A stretch of 64,000 nt of DNA, from NCBI RefSeq assembly GCF_004010195.1, contig NC_057749.1:6717416-6781415 (forward strand), written 5' to 3'. The notes below the pieces were generated by a model. The model was given only the letters and a program-made list of their open reading frames with translations, was not told the DNA's origin and did no database searches. Shown here in pieces: positions 25,353-38,095 of the stretch. The stretch comes from Chiloscyllium plagiosum (lineage: Eukaryota). How positions within the stretch are numbered: the first letter of the stretch is position 1; the number at the start of each line of letters is the position of its first letter. The position numbers were made by a program, and so were the translations under genes.

Positions 25353-26184
25353 CAGAGATGGATATCAACTGCCTTCTCCATTTTTGCCCATTGGCTTTTT
25401 TGAGTAGTTAACAATGAAAGACCTCTATGTATAATGTACCTCTCAGAGATGTTTCACACAGAATAAATTTGAAGTGAACAGCACAATCCCAGAATGGGAT
25501 AAATGTCAAATTTAGAGGTGTTCCTTCATGACAGAGTGCTTGTCAGACTGAATTCTGTGCTCATCAGTGTCTGGCATCTTTGATGTGTATCTGAACAGGC
25601 AGGCATACCAAAAATGCTGGGGTATCTGAATATAGTCAAGATCAGCCAGTCTTTACCAACTGGGACATTGAATTGCAAGTCTGGAAAAGATGGTGTTTAC
25701 CTCACCTCATTGTGATGGAGTCAAACACAGGTTCTGAAGATCTTTTTTTAAAAAAAATGCTACTGCATTGCAGAACCCAATACCTTTTACAAGTAAAACA
25801 TAAAGTAATTACTCAAGAAAGGCACTATTTCTGACTCAGAAATCTTTGGTTTCCATCTTTGTTATGCAGCAATGCAGCTATCTTTTCTATAACTGTTAAT
25901 TACCACACTTAATAGCAAATACCCCCTCTCAGTATTCGTAGATAAACTAGCAATTTACTGTTGACCCTCAGGAGAGCAATGCCAATCAAAGCTCTGAATC
26001 CTAATGTCTTCACAAAAAGAAATACAATAATAAGAATTGAAGAAATGATAAGGGAAGGTGGTAGCTCTGCTGTCTTTCATATTTCTCCGGTAAACCTCAA
26101 CTTATCTCAAAACAATCTTTTCACTCAACCATGATTTTATGTGGAGTTACATTTCAAGATTTGGATAGAGCTGTTATAAAGGAA

Positions 26185-26610
26185 AAGAAAATAAATGCTT
26201 GCATTTATAGAGCACTTTCATGCCTGCTTGTGTTCTCAATATGCTTTATAGCCAACGATTTACTTTTTGAAGTGGAGCCAATGATATAATGTAAGAAATA
26301 CAGCAGGCAATTTGTACTTCATAAACTCCCGCCAATAACGACACAATAATTACCAGATAATCTGTTTTTGTCTTATTGACTGAGATATAAATATTGACCA
26401 ACTACAAGGAATACTGTTCTCTTTCAAAATGGTGCCACAGGTCCCTTTACATTCACTGCTGAAATGGGCAGATGGGCCTCGATTAATGCCTCCAACACAA
26501 AGAAACCTCACTCAGACAGCCAGGTTCTCCACAGGAGAGTTAGCCTTGATTTTAGCTCGAGCATTGCAATGGGATTCGCACCCAGAGACAGCTACCAACA
26601 GGGTCACAGC
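26185..26610 (-). mobile_element. DeuSINE (SacSINE1/AmnSINE1-like), decayed
   Basis: Antisense ...aacagattatctggt...cttcaaaaagtaaatcgttggctataaagc...ctataaatgcaag; second copy at about 17625-18000. Confidence 0.7.
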
Positions 26611-28394
26611 TGCTACAACCATTCAGGCACACACAGTCCATTCGGCCCACTGAATCGGTGCCACACACACAGGCCACCATCTCCCCATCTAACCACATTG
26701 GCATATCCTCACCTTGGTTTTATCCAACTCATTACTCTGTGACTTCCACACACTTCTTCTCCCATAGTTTCCAAGGTATTGTGGTTTGAGCTGCCCACAT
26801 ATTTCATGCTTAGTTGATGACATTTGTACAAAAGAAGTGCCTCACTGTTACTGTTCAACAATTTGATTCAGTTAATAATCCCTGTATCATTTCATGTTTA
26901 AACTTCAGTGTAATTTTTCAGTTGCACCCACCTGTGAGTTGCACTTCACAATGATATCAAAGCCCTTCTTCAATCAATCTCATTCCCTCATACTTTTCTG
27001 GTCATCAATGCATTCATTAAGCTTACATTTTAGTTGATTATAAAAAGATTTCAGGCAAGTCCCATACACTATAATTTCATCTCAGTGGCTTTGGGGTGTT
27101 CTATTAATGCTGGAAGGGATACATGCACCTGTGCTACTTGGGATTGGTTTACATAAAACAGAAAGTCAAAAGTTTGATCTTTGATCATTAGCTGAATGCC
27201 TACTTGGTGAGAAGTATTCGCACAAAAACTGACCTCAGGACCAGTATGCCAGAGAGTGAAGGCGATATTACAGCAAGTTACTTTGTGTCTACAAAACCAG
27301 TTATTTCTGCTTCACACTGACCTTCTTCCACCCAAGTCCATCTAACCTAATCAACATATTCCTTTCTCCTTCATGTGCACAACTAGCTTCCCCTTATATA
27401 TATTTACCATACTCTTCACCTTGGCTAGTCCTTGCAATTGTAAATTCCCCATTTGCCCTGTCCTTTGGGACATTTCTCTGGATGTCTTATTCAATAATCA
27501 CAGGTGTCACATTGAAACTCCTCATTTAGGATAGGACAATGAGCAGATATTAATGACGAAGGGTTATTGGACTCGAATCATTAACTCTGTTTCTCTTTCC
27601 ACAGATGCTGCCAGACCTGCTGAGTTTTTCCAACACGGTCTGGTTTTGTTTCAGCTTTCCACAGTTCTTTGCTTTATGATATATGCTTATGGTCACTGCA
27701 CTGGAAGAAATCAGCCATTTAGAGTTTGTGGGTTTCTTTCCTGGAGTGTACTCCTGTGTAGACAGGGCTCAGCTAAACCATGTTGGCCCTCCCTGGTGCA
27801 TAGTTTGATAAGTCTCACTATCTCAAGCATGGCTAAATGACTCAGAGCTCTGGTGCGCCCAAGGGATAGCACACCAGCAAGATGTGGGGACAAAACTAGA
27901 TGGAAATCATTCATACAGAAGGCTGGACTTTAATCTCATGTCCCTAGTAAAGCATGCCTTTTGTAATGGTTATGGGAAAACTGACATTCAAAAACACCAG
28001 AAATGATTTGTCCATTCCCAAAGATGTTTACCATATTTTGACTGGCTTTGTGCTAAGTACTTTTACTGTGCTTCAGTTTAATGTGTGTGCAAACGTGCAC
28101 AAAATTACTCATTCACACTTAGCACACGTGATATACAAATCTTGCCGATACTCGCTGCCATACTCAACCCTGGCATCCTCACAATTTCACAATTCACTTG
28201 CCCATATCATTAAATGACAAATAGATGCACAACACATTTCAAATAGGATGTTTTTTAAAAATCTCATTCGTGTTAATTTTACAAAGGTGGGCCGAAGTCT
28301 AAAACCTTCCAAAATGTTGCTGATTTTTAATTATTACCAGGGTATCAAACTAGGGGTCAGCTAGCAGTATGAGAATCAGGACCACAATGCTATA

Positions 28395-28609
28395 GGAGAA
28401 AGTGAGGTCTGCAGATGCTGGAGATCAGAGCTGAAAAATGTGTTGCTGGAAAAGCGCAGCAGGTCAGGCAGCATCCAAGGAGCAGGAGAATCGATGTTTC
28501 GGGCATAAGCCCTTCATTCCTGAAGAAGGGCTGATGCCTGAAACGTCGATTCTCCTGCTCCTTGGATGCTGCCTGACCTGCTGTGCTTTTCCAGCAACAC
28601 ATTTTTCAG
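28395..28609. mobile_element. Inverted-repeat mini-PLE (family A)
   Basis: 86-bp arms at 28430-28515 and 28525-28610 (4 mismatches); TSD ccacaatg(c/t)tata at 28382-28394 and 28610-28622. Confidence 0.85.
28516..28551 (+). ncRNA. Minimal hammerhead motif (PLE family A)
   Basis: AUUC-CUGAAGA-A-GGGC(UGAU)GCCU-GAAAC-GUC^GAUU. Confidence 0.65.
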
Positions 28610-29681
28610 CCACAATGTTATAAACAGGTCCATGACCTCATTTGCTTATCTGCCTTATAAAATTGCCCCTTGTATTACATCTCAGTTTATTCACTTAGGA
28701 TCAAGTCACTGCCTTCTCTCTTGGTATCAATTCTTTCTTAAATCATTCTGGAGTTATGCCTCCATTCCTCAAACTCAATCCACAAACTGATCACTTACTG
28801 CGTGAAAGAAAATGACCTTATTATTTTTTTAAACCTGTGTCACCAAGTGATGGTGAAATAATGCATTGGATTTATCTTCCCTGTGTTGTTTGCTGTCATT
28901 GATACCTTAGTGAGGCTCTGCTTTAATCCTAAAACAAAAACAAAATATTGTGCACACGCCGGGAAGCTAAAGGAAAAGCAGGAAGTGCTGGAGAGTCTCA
29001 GCAGGTCTGGCAGGTTGTGTAGAGGGAGAAACAGAGTTAACACTTCAAGTCCAATACGTGCTGTGTATTTCCAGTCTTTTCTGTTTCTATTTCTGTCTTA
29101 ATCCTCTCCCTTTCAGCCTTTAAGCATTACCAACCTTGCGTTTCAGTCCTCTGAGACCTGCACTAATTTTAATCCCTGATAACACATAGAGACCATACCA
29201 ACTGATGCTAATTCATCTCTAAAGATGCAGTCTATAAACCAACTGCAATTCTCTCACTTTGCCAAGCTAAGCCATTTCTTCTACCAGCATCCAACACAGA
29301 AATATTCAGAGAAGGAACACATTAATTTGAATATGAGCAATTGCATCTGAAGATTCTGATGAGTTCTGACGAGAAGATTGTGGCCTTACATGAAACAGTA
29401 TCTTGACTCTCTTTCTTATGCACATCTATGTCCTAAATCTGGTCATCGTACTTAACACTCAAAGTTTGCCTGCTGGAGAGACTCTAGTTAAAGATGGTGT
29501 AGTAGAAAATCCTGCTAGATTGCACACACTACAATGTCTCAGGTCTGCATCGCTGGTTTGGCTCCAACTGTTCAGACAACAACCAGCCCAAGTACCACCC
29601 TGATTTGTCCACCTCATCACAGCCACCAACCCATCCACCACCCAGCCCTCCTCACCCAGGACAGGAAAGGATTTCACTCAC

Positions 29682-29825
29682 CGAAGCATTTACTTTGGTT
29701 GGTGGCACGGTCAACAAAGACTTTGGCAGAGATCACGTTGCCAAAAGGCATGAACATCTGCATGAGCTCAGCATCCCCAAACTCCTGCGGCAGATGGTAG
29801 ATGAACAGATTGCATCCCTCTGGTC
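29682..29825 (-). CDS. CELF6: CELF exon, first half of RRM3: (G)[47 protein letters not shown](G)
   Basis: Acceptor atctcctccag, donor TCG|gtgagt; 144 nt, phase 1-1; contains RNP2 LFIYHL and the first half of RNP1. Confidence 0.95.
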
Positions 29826-30666
29826 CTGGAGGAGATCAAATAGCGCCATCAGATATTTACAATATTCAAGTGCCAAAGCATTCAGTAGCAAAACGTTCAC
29901 ATCATCACACATTGAAAAATGCATAAGCAAGGGAACAACTGCTGGTGGATGTCTTCCCAGTGGGTCCAATTCATCAGCATCGCAGAGCATTTCACATGAT
30001 ACAGGTTTATCTCAAGACCCACCACTCTATTGTACTATCTTAGAATATTGCTATTTACAAATTGTGGATGGTATTATCTTCGATCAGATTAACATCGAAG
30101 AAGAGTCGCTGGACGTGAAGCATTGCCTCTATCTGTCTCTCCACAGGTGCTGCCAGACCTGCTGAGTTTCTCCAGCGATTACTGTGTAGCTTTGTTTCCC
30201 TTCAACAATGATGAATCAACAATCAAGGATGCTAAGCATGTGATGTACCTAATGCAAAATGGTTTGAACATCTTGGGATGGAATGTGTGACTGCACCATG
30301 TTTGTCAACGAATGCTGATCTCCTTGGCAACACAGTAAACCAATGGGGTTGGATGGGGCGGGGAGACGCAATAATGCAGCTGCAGTATCACAAGATACAT
30401 GACCCAGAGGAGACATGGGTTTAAATTTCACCATGGAAATTGATAGAGTTTAATTCTATTAATTCATAAATATGGAACAATTGGTCTCAGTAATGGTGAC
30501 CGTGAAACTATCACTGATTTGTTATAAAAACCCATTTGGTACACTAATGTCCTTCAGAGAGGAAATCTGCTGTCCTTACCAAGTCTGGCCTATATGTGAC
30601 TCCAGACCCACGCCAATGCAGTTGAAGCCCAAATGCCATATGAGATGGCTGAGCAAGCCACTCAGT

Positions 30667-30910
30667 TTAGATTAGATTAGATTACTTACAGTGTGGAAAC
30701 AGGCCCTTCNNNNNNNNNNNNNNNNNNNNNNNNNNNNNNNNNNNNNNNNNNNNNNNNNNNNNNNNNNNNNNNNNNNNNNNNNNNNNNNNNNNNNNNNNNN
30801 NNNNNNNNNNNNNNNNNNNNNNNNNNNNNNNNNNNNNNNNNNNNNNNNNTGAACCCGGGTCTCTGGCGCTGTGAGGCAGCAGTGCTAACCACTGTGCCAC
30901 CGTGCTGCCC
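30667..30910 (-). mobile_element. HE1-type SINE spanning an assembly gap
   Basis: Tail left of the N run and head right of it. Confidence 0.85.
30710..30849. other. Assembly gap (140 N)
   Basis: Run of n characters. Confidence 1.
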
Positions 30911-31819
30911 AAACACGAGCAAACACGAAAGGCATTGCATTCCATGGAGGAGCAATAATAAAAAGATGGAAATCTCGACAACTGAACTAACAATCCAGAG
31001 AAAGCGAGCTTGAATCCTATTCACGGGAATAAATGGCACAGAAAATGTCAATACAATTGAAGACTGAGCCATGACAAGAGATATGGGTTCAAACTGATGA
31101 TAGGTAAGAATAGGAATGTTGGAAAGGAATTTCACATACAGATTTACACGCAAGGTAGATATTTCAATAGAGCGATGCAGGCCTTTGTTAATACATGTCA
31201 ATTCCATTACTAAGGCACAGGTGAAGGGCATTACTTAATTGACTACCTAAAGCACTTATAAACAGAGACTTTTGGGATGCTGGGATTGCTAGGTAGGAAG
31301 CAGGCATATGTCATACTACACTCTGTGAACATACTTACTATAAAGAAAAGCATTTGTTTCATACTTTGCCAACTGGCTTGAGCTCGAGATAGCAATTACA
31401 AACTGGCTTTACATTCCAAAGTCATTTTAAAATGACAGTATCAGCCATTTGCGAGGGAACCAACAAATTATTATTTAACTTAGAACAATCCAATTGGTCA
31501 TCTGTAGCAGCATTAGTATCCATAATAACACACAGGCATTTTGTGAATTGTGTATCTGGACTCTTGACCTACACGTTTATGTTCCATTGTCCATGGTAAG
31601 ATTGAAATCTTACGTTTTTTTAAACCTCACACTGCTGAAGGATAACAATGGGTTAATTCCTTAAGGCTCCTTAACTCCTGAAGTTACAAGTTATGGCAGA
31701 GGCCAACAGTCACAAACGTCAGTGAAGAATTAAGGGCACAATAAGGAGATGTGTCTTGCAAACACAATAGAGAATGGGGTTCCAGTCTGATGGTCTTAAG
31801 ATCTGGGCAATAGAGGCAG

Positions 31820-32065
31820 AGGCTGCACATTTCACACAGAGATGAGGAGGAATTTCTTCCCTCAGACGGGAGTGAATCTGTGGAATTCTTTACCGTAGAA
31901 GGCTGTCATTCAGTATATCCAAGTCTGAGGTAGACAGATTTTTAATCAGTGAGGGGATCAGGGGTTATGGAGAAAAGAGGCTTATCAGATCAGCCATGAT
32001 CTCACTAAATGGCTGAGCAGACTCGATGAACTGAATTGCCTAATTCCTATCTTATATCTTATGCC
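31820..32065 (+). mobile_element. CR1 LINE 3' end
   Basis: gagatgaggaggaatttcttc...gatcagccatgatctc. Confidence 0.7.
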
Positions 32066-32509
32066 TTTTTGAAAGAGACAGGCTCAAGTAGTGGATAAAC
32101 CTAAGGACTGAAGAGGGGGTGAAAGACTGGATTCAATTGTCAGCAGCAAGCAGGTGATTTTGTGTCTTTTCACAAAACACATTTTATTTCAATAAAAGAG
32201 AACATAAATCAGGCCACAAGTTGATCATCAGGAACTTGAGGCTTGGAGCATTGCCAAGTTTGGAGACAAGGTGGTCAAGCGGGTTTCAAGACAAGGATAC
32301 AAATGTCAACAGAGTTTGGAATACATTCCTATCCCTGCAGGCAGTCAAGGGAGCCCATACACATTAGTGAATAGTTCCTTAACACCATTGGAAGAGCAAC
32401 AGAGGGGTGTTTGTAAATTGGATATTAAGAGAGGAATTTAAGTTTGGAAGAGGAATTTTAGTCTCCAGCAAGGCAGGGTAAGTTTGTAGTAGACACAATT
32501 ATAACTTGT

Positions 32510-32624
32510 CAGAAGTGGGTATTGCAGATGCTGGAGATTAGAGTGGTGCTGGAAAAGCACAGCAGGTCAGGCAGCATCTGAGGAGCAGGAAAATCTATAT
32601 TTCAGGCAAAAGCCCTTCATCAGG
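32510..32624 (-). mobile_element. Single-arm mini-PLE (family A)
   Basis: 13-bp TSD aattataacttgt at 32497-32509 and 32625-32637; begins at the CCUGAUGA core. Confidence 0.8.
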
Positions 32625-32627
32625 AAT
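32592..32627 (-). ncRNA. Minimal hammerhead motif (PLE family A)
   Basis: AUUC-CUGAUGA-A-GGGC(UUUU)GCCU-GAAAU-AUA^GAUU; the stem III palindrome is AUAU. Confidence 0.6.
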
Positions 32628-32879
32628 TATAACTTGTGATTGCTGACTGTCCCTCTACTCTAACGATTGTGGAGAATTCAATAAGGTTCTCAGTTTCAAT
32701 CTCAGAAGAAAGCTGTCTCGATTCAAGCCATACATTTGTAATTCTAGAATCACAAATCTGGCTGGGAGGGGAAAGGTCTTTGAATGAAGAAGAAAATTCC
32801 CCAAACTTCCTCAATTCACAGTGAGTGCTTGATCTCTGCAAGACTACATAAAAAGAGATTCAATTAAAGAATGCTGGCT

Positions 32880-33140
32880 CTGTGATTTGTGGTTTCTGAG
32901 TTGATTTATTATTGCAACATATAATGAAGTAAAGTGAGAAGTTTTGTTTTGAATCAATATAGGCAGATTATAACATACAAAGACACAGAGATCATAGGGT
33001 GATTGAACAGAGCGAGGAATACAGCAACAAAGAAGGTGCACAAAAAGCAAGATCAACATTAAATTGAAAATGTGCAAGGCCCATTCAGAAGTCGAGTAAC
33101 AGTGGGGAAGAAGCTGTTCTTGAACCTGTTGCTAGCTATC
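32880..33140. repeat. Interspersed repeat (probable LINE tail), second copy at about 39180-39350
   Basis: Shared aaggtgcaca.aaagcaagatcaacatta.att. Confidence 0.55.
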
Positions 33141-34193
33141 TCCAATTTATAGAGGGAAAGGTATGGGAACAGCTTATGTATCTAGCCACATTATTGGTTG
33201 AAGAAAGATTTCATGACAAGGCAGATGAAAGAAATGGGAGAAAGTGAATTTTTTTTCAATGCATTTTGTATTTTAGTTTTGTATTTGTTCAAGGGATATG
33301 AACATTGCTGGTTAGGGCTAAATTTATTGCCCCATCTCTAACAGCCTAAACAGCAGTTAAGCATCAACTGTATTTGTGTGTCTGGAGTCACATTTAGGCC
33401 AGACAAGGTAAAGATGGTGGATTTCCTTCCCTAAAGAGCATCAGAGAATCATATGAGCTTTTATTTCCAACATGGTTACATGGTTGTCATTAGGCAAGCA
33501 ATTTAATTACAGATGTGTTTTAAATTGAATTTCAATTTCACCATCTGCCATTTGAAACCTTGGTCCCACAACAGAAATTTGGAAATTCTGGATTGCTACT
33601 CCAGCTACCCTTCCACCTTCCCCAATAGTTCAACTTTCACAAAGAAACAGAGACATGGATATTAAATGGCTAATGCCGTTCATAAACAATGAATATAATA
33701 CAGACAACTTGCAATTGTGTTGGACACAACCCATTTAGGTTCCCTTTTAAGCTTACCTGATGGATGGCCGTAAGATAAAACCAAAAGATTAATGCCTGAC
33801 TGGATTACTCATGAAAGACAAGTTATGGTCACTTCAAGAAAGAAGAGATTTGCCATGCCATCTGACCTATAATCTTGTAGATTTTCCAACAAAAAGACAA
33901 GGATTCATAATCCAAAAAAAAATCACTCAAATGCTGCCACAGTGAGACCATATCAGTAAAAAAATACAGCTTTCATTTCTGTTAGGATTTAACCCAGTAC
34001 ACTATTATAATTCAAGACCTGTTTCCCTTCGAGATGAGATGCTCACAGTCACTTTTAAATTTCCCATACGCTTTCGCCAACATTGACAAAATACACACAT
34101 TGAATCCTCCTTTATAGGTCTTTCTGAACAACGCTGTTTCAGAAGTGGCAAGTACATTGAAGTAAAATTAGGCAGAGACTCCTTCTGTCTTAC

Positions 34194-34274
34194 CTTCTCT
34201 TTGCTGCTGAGGAATTATGGGAGGTTGCTGTGGAAACGCTTGACTAATGGGAGCATAAGCTGCTGGATAGGCCG
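34194..34274 (-). CDS. CELF6: CELF exon: (A)[26 protein letters not shown](G)
   Basis: Acceptor cttcttttgcaatccaacag, donor AAG|gtaaga; 81 nt, phase 1-1; QQQREG leads into RRM3. Confidence 0.92.
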
Positions 34275-35412
34275 CTGTTGGATTGCAAAAGAAGAAGTCA
34301 GTCTCGCTGTTATTTATTCATTTCCATTTATTCCAAACAAAGTAAATAATTGGCTCAAATAAAACAGTTTCTGGAGCATAGGGCAGCAAATGTCCACAAA
34401 TATTGGCACATTTTGTGGAACGTTAGAGCAAAGTCTGAGATGCCCTGTTACTCGGAAATGAAGTTTACCGGTGGAGACAAGACCACTTGGTTCAACAACT
34501 GTTCCACCAAATCCCAAATCTTGTCTCAATTTAAAAAATAACTGTGGCCATCAGAGACCACATGTGTTCCTTTCATTCCTTATTTTGGCTCTTGATAGAA
34601 AGGCTACATTGTCAAAATAATGGTGACAATTATGTCTGAATTCGAGATTATTGACGATGCCTCAATGGGACCGACAGTGTGCACAAGGTCCTGTGACTGT
34701 TCTGTATGATGTTTTACTCTGAGGACTATTGGCCCCACACCAACCCGCTCCAATGTTCGGCCCTGTTAGAATGGATAGGTGACCAACAAAACGGTGGTAT
34801 GTGGCAGCACTGATGATTAGCAATGACATGATGCCACCTCAGTTTCCCACCTGGTCAATTCACCATCTCAAAGGAGAAGGGTCTGATCAGTTTCGCATAC
34901 GCCAAAATGCAGCTCCAGTTCAAACAGTAGGTTCACACCCAAGTATTAATGGTCCTTCCCTCAGAGGACAGAGAGCTTCTGGTTAAGTGATGTATCTGGG
35001 TAGAAGAGCAGGTTTGAGGGGCCAAATGGACCCGTTGCTCCTATTCCCAATACATAGAGGCAAGGAACAGATGGTAGTAGGGCGATTGATCTCCAACCAA
35101 CCCCTCATGTCCCAGGTCACTCTCATGCATTTCCCCCTCCCTCCCTAACTGAGACAAGAGTAACACTGACAGAGGTCTGGGTGCAGGTTACCTGGCTGCA
35201 CTCTTAATTGGGGAATGGAGCATGGAGCAGGAGAACCTAAACGGGGAGAAAAGGAAAGAATTATTTGACATTGCAGTTCATTCTTTTTTTTTCTCTCTGA
35301 TTGGCAGGAACTGACACAGATTATCTATTTACTTAGTGAAAGGAGCAATCTACAGTCGAAGGCCTATCCCACGACTGTCGGGCCAAATATGACCCAACAT
35401 GAATCAGAATGA

Positions 35413-35973
35413 GGAGAGAGTGAGGACTGCAGATGCTGGAGATCAGAATCGAAAGTGTGGTGCTGGAAAAGCTCAGCAGGTCAGGCAGCATCCAGGGAGC
35501 AGGAGTGTCAATGTTTCAGGCATAAGCTCTTAGTAATCCCTGCAGCTTGGAAACAGGCCCTTCAGTCCAACAAGTCCATACCAACCCTCTGAAGAGTAAC
35601 CCACCCAGACCCATTCCCCTTCCTTATATTCATCCCTGACTAATGCACCTATCCTACACATCCCTGAACATTATGGGCAATTTAGCATGGACAATTCATC
35701 TAACCTGCACATCTTTAGATTGTGGGAGGAAACCAGAGCACCCAGAGGAAACCCATGCAGATATGGAGAGAATGTGCAAACTCCATACAGATAGTCACCT
35801 GAGGCTGGAATCGAACCCAGGTCCCTGGAGCTGTGAGGCAGCAGTGCTAACCACTGAGCCACTGTGCTGTCCCAAGGAATTATTCTGATGAAGGGATTAT
35901 GCTCAAAATGTCGACTCTCCTGCTCCTCAGATGCTGCCTGACCTGCTGTGCTTTTCCAGCACCACACTCTTCG
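35413..35973. mobile_element. Inverted-repeat mini-PLE (family A) split by an HE1 SINE
   Basis: Left arm about 35413-35530, right arm about 35880-35973; TSD acatgaatcaga(a/g)tga at 35397-35412 and 35974-35989. Confidence 0.8.
35533..35873 (-). mobile_element. HE1-type SINE
   Basis: Full-length reverse copy; a more decayed copy follows at about 36168-36430. Confidence 0.9.
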
Positions 35974-36787
35974 ACATGAATCAGAGTGAGGTCATTCATG
36001 ATTGATAGCAGGAAGCACATCTTCACATGAAAGATGGTGGAAATCTGGAATGTTTTTCCACTAAACACTGTTGAGACTGAGGATAATTAGTAAAAATTTT
36101 AACTTGAGATAGATTTTGGTTGGGAAAGCAAATGTTAGGTCAGCATTATGTGTCGATGGAGTTAATCACAGAATCCTTACAGTGTGGAAAGAGGCAGTTC
36201 AGCCCATCAAGTCTGCACTGATCCTTTGAAAGGCATACCATCTAAACCCAGTCCTCTGTCTTATCTCCATAACCGTGTATTTCCCATGGCCAATTCATCT
36301 ACCCTACACATCTTTGGACTGTGGGAGGAAACCTACACAGGCACAGAGAGAGCATGCACACAGTCAGGAGGCTAGAATCAAACCTGAGTCTCTGATACTA
36401 TGAGGTGGCAATGCCAACCACTGTGCCACCAATGCAACCCATAGGCAAGAGGCAGGTTTGTGCTGATCCAAAGAGGGCTTGCTGGATTGGGAGTGGCCAG
36501 TTCCATTTCAATACTTCTAAGAGGCTTGGGATATTCATAGCACTTTGTAAAAAACACAAATATTTATTACAGTTGTTTTCCATTTCTCATCGAAAAGTAA
36601 ATACGTGTATGTGTGTGTACAAGTGTGTGTCTGTGCGAGTGTGTGCATATACATGCAAGTGTGTATGCATGTATGTGTGTTTGTATGTATGTGTGTATAC
36701 ATGTGCGAGTGTGTATCTGTGTGTGTGTACGTGCAAGTGTGCATGCATGTGTGTATGTGTGAGTATGCTTGTGTGTATAAGTGTGCA

Positions 36788-36992
36788 GTGTTGAAACTTT
36801 ATTGCTGGAACAGCACAGCAGGTCAGGCAGCATCCAGGGAACAGGAGATTCGACGTTTCGGGCACAGGCCCTTCTTCAGGAATGCCCGAAACGTCGAATC
36901 TCCTGTTCCCTGGATGCTGCCTGACCTGCTGTGCTGTTCCAGCAATAAAGTTTCAACTTTGATCTCCAGCATCTGCAGACCTCACTTTCTCC
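36788..36992. mobile_element. Inverted-repeat mini-PLE (family A), young copy
   Basis: Perfect 75-bp arms at 36790-36864 and 36883-36957; 14-bp TSD tgtataagtgtgca at 36774-36787 and 36993-37006. Confidence 0.85.
36848..36883 (-). ncRNA. Minimal type I hammerhead ribozyme motif (PLE family A), intact
   Basis: Minus strand reads AUUC-CUGAAGA-A-GGGC(CUGU)GCCC-GAAAC-GUC^GAAU: 4-bp stem I, 4-bp stem II, palindromic ACGU stem III, GUC cleavage triplet. Confidence 0.75.
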
Positions 36993-37825
36993 TGTATAAG
37001 TGTGCAAATGTGTATGTGTGTGTATATGTGTGTGTATATGTATGCATGTGTGTGAGTGTGTATGTGTATGTGTGCGAGTGTGTGTGCATATGTATGCATG
37101 TGCATGTGTGCAAGTGTGTGTGTATATGTGTGTGTGTTTATATGTATGCATATGTGCGAGTGTGTGTGTGTATGCTTGAGTGTGTGCATGTGTATGCATG
37201 TGTGCAAGTCTGTGTGTGTGTGTGTATGAGTGAGTATATGTGTATGCATGTGTGCGAGTGAGTATGCAAGTGTGTGTGTGTGTGTGTAAGCATGCAGATT
37301 GCCACCAGATCAGGAATTTTTAATTTCTATTTATTTTGTTAAAAGATAAATTGTGGCACATGGCCCATTTGATGCCACTTCTGCCGCATAATTATTCGGG
37401 AGAGAGTGCCAACTCTGCCTGGCTCCAAACAGCGGAAGTGTCAAATGGATTCTCAATGCAACAGACTGCATTGGTTACAGTACACTTGCTGTCACCGTCA
37501 TGATGTGACACTTATTCACGGGAAGGAGCATTTTTCTTCATTTTATTCTAAATCAAAATAATTAGGGAATTGATTCTCCAACCCAGCTGGCCCCAGCCCC
37601 TCTGGTTCAGTTGGAGTGACTGACATGGACTGGAGTTGGACTTGTCAACTACCGCACTGGGAACTGGTTTTCCTGAAGGTTGCGCAAAACGTAGCCTACA
37701 ATCTGTTCGGCCCACCTGTCTGCAAATGCTCTCCTAACTGTCTCCACTTCAATGTTAACTTCACTTCCCATTAAGATAAAACCTTCTTTATTGTTTTCCT
37801 TGTCTTTCCCTTTGCCTCCCTCAAT

Positions 37826-38095
37826 TGTGGAATCCCTACTGTGGAAGCAAGCCATTCGGCCCATCAAGTCCACACCAACCCTCCGCAGGGCAGCCCACTC
37901 AGACCTACCCAATGACCCTGCATTTCCCATGGCTAACCCACACATCTTTGGACTGTGGGAGGAAACCGGAGCACCCAGAGGTAACCACGCAGACATAGGG
38001 ACAGCATGGAAGCTGCACACGACGGTCTCCTGTAAGTGGAATTGAACCTAGGTCACTGGCACTTTGGGGCAGCAGTGCTAACCATTGAGCCACTT
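37826..38095 (-). mobile_element. HE1-type SINE
   Basis: Reverse copy. Confidence 0.85.

Larger units (their letters stand above)
36604..37290. repeat. Degenerate (TG/TGTA/TGCA)n simple repeat
   Basis: About 480 bp of alternating purine-pyrimidine sequence interrupted by the mini-PLE. Confidence 0.95.

Noticed and set aside
29356..29400. ctgatga/ctgacga...gaaac as a further hammerhead
   Set aside because: No convincing stem II or stem III; at most a decayed remnant.
29605..30165. 186-aa plus-strand ORF
   Set aside because: Antisense shadow of the RRM3 exon running into a repeat; no recognisable product.
30682..31231. ORFs containing X runs
   Set aside because: Artefacts of the N gap inside a SINE.
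36405..37261. Long ORFs rich in C/V/M or H/T on both strands
   Set aside because: Translations of the (TG)n microsatellite and the palindromic insertion; not proteins.
36604..37290. TG repeat as a CELF-binding autoregulatory platform
   Set aside because: The gene is on the minus strand, so the pre-mRNA reads CA-rich, not UG-rich.
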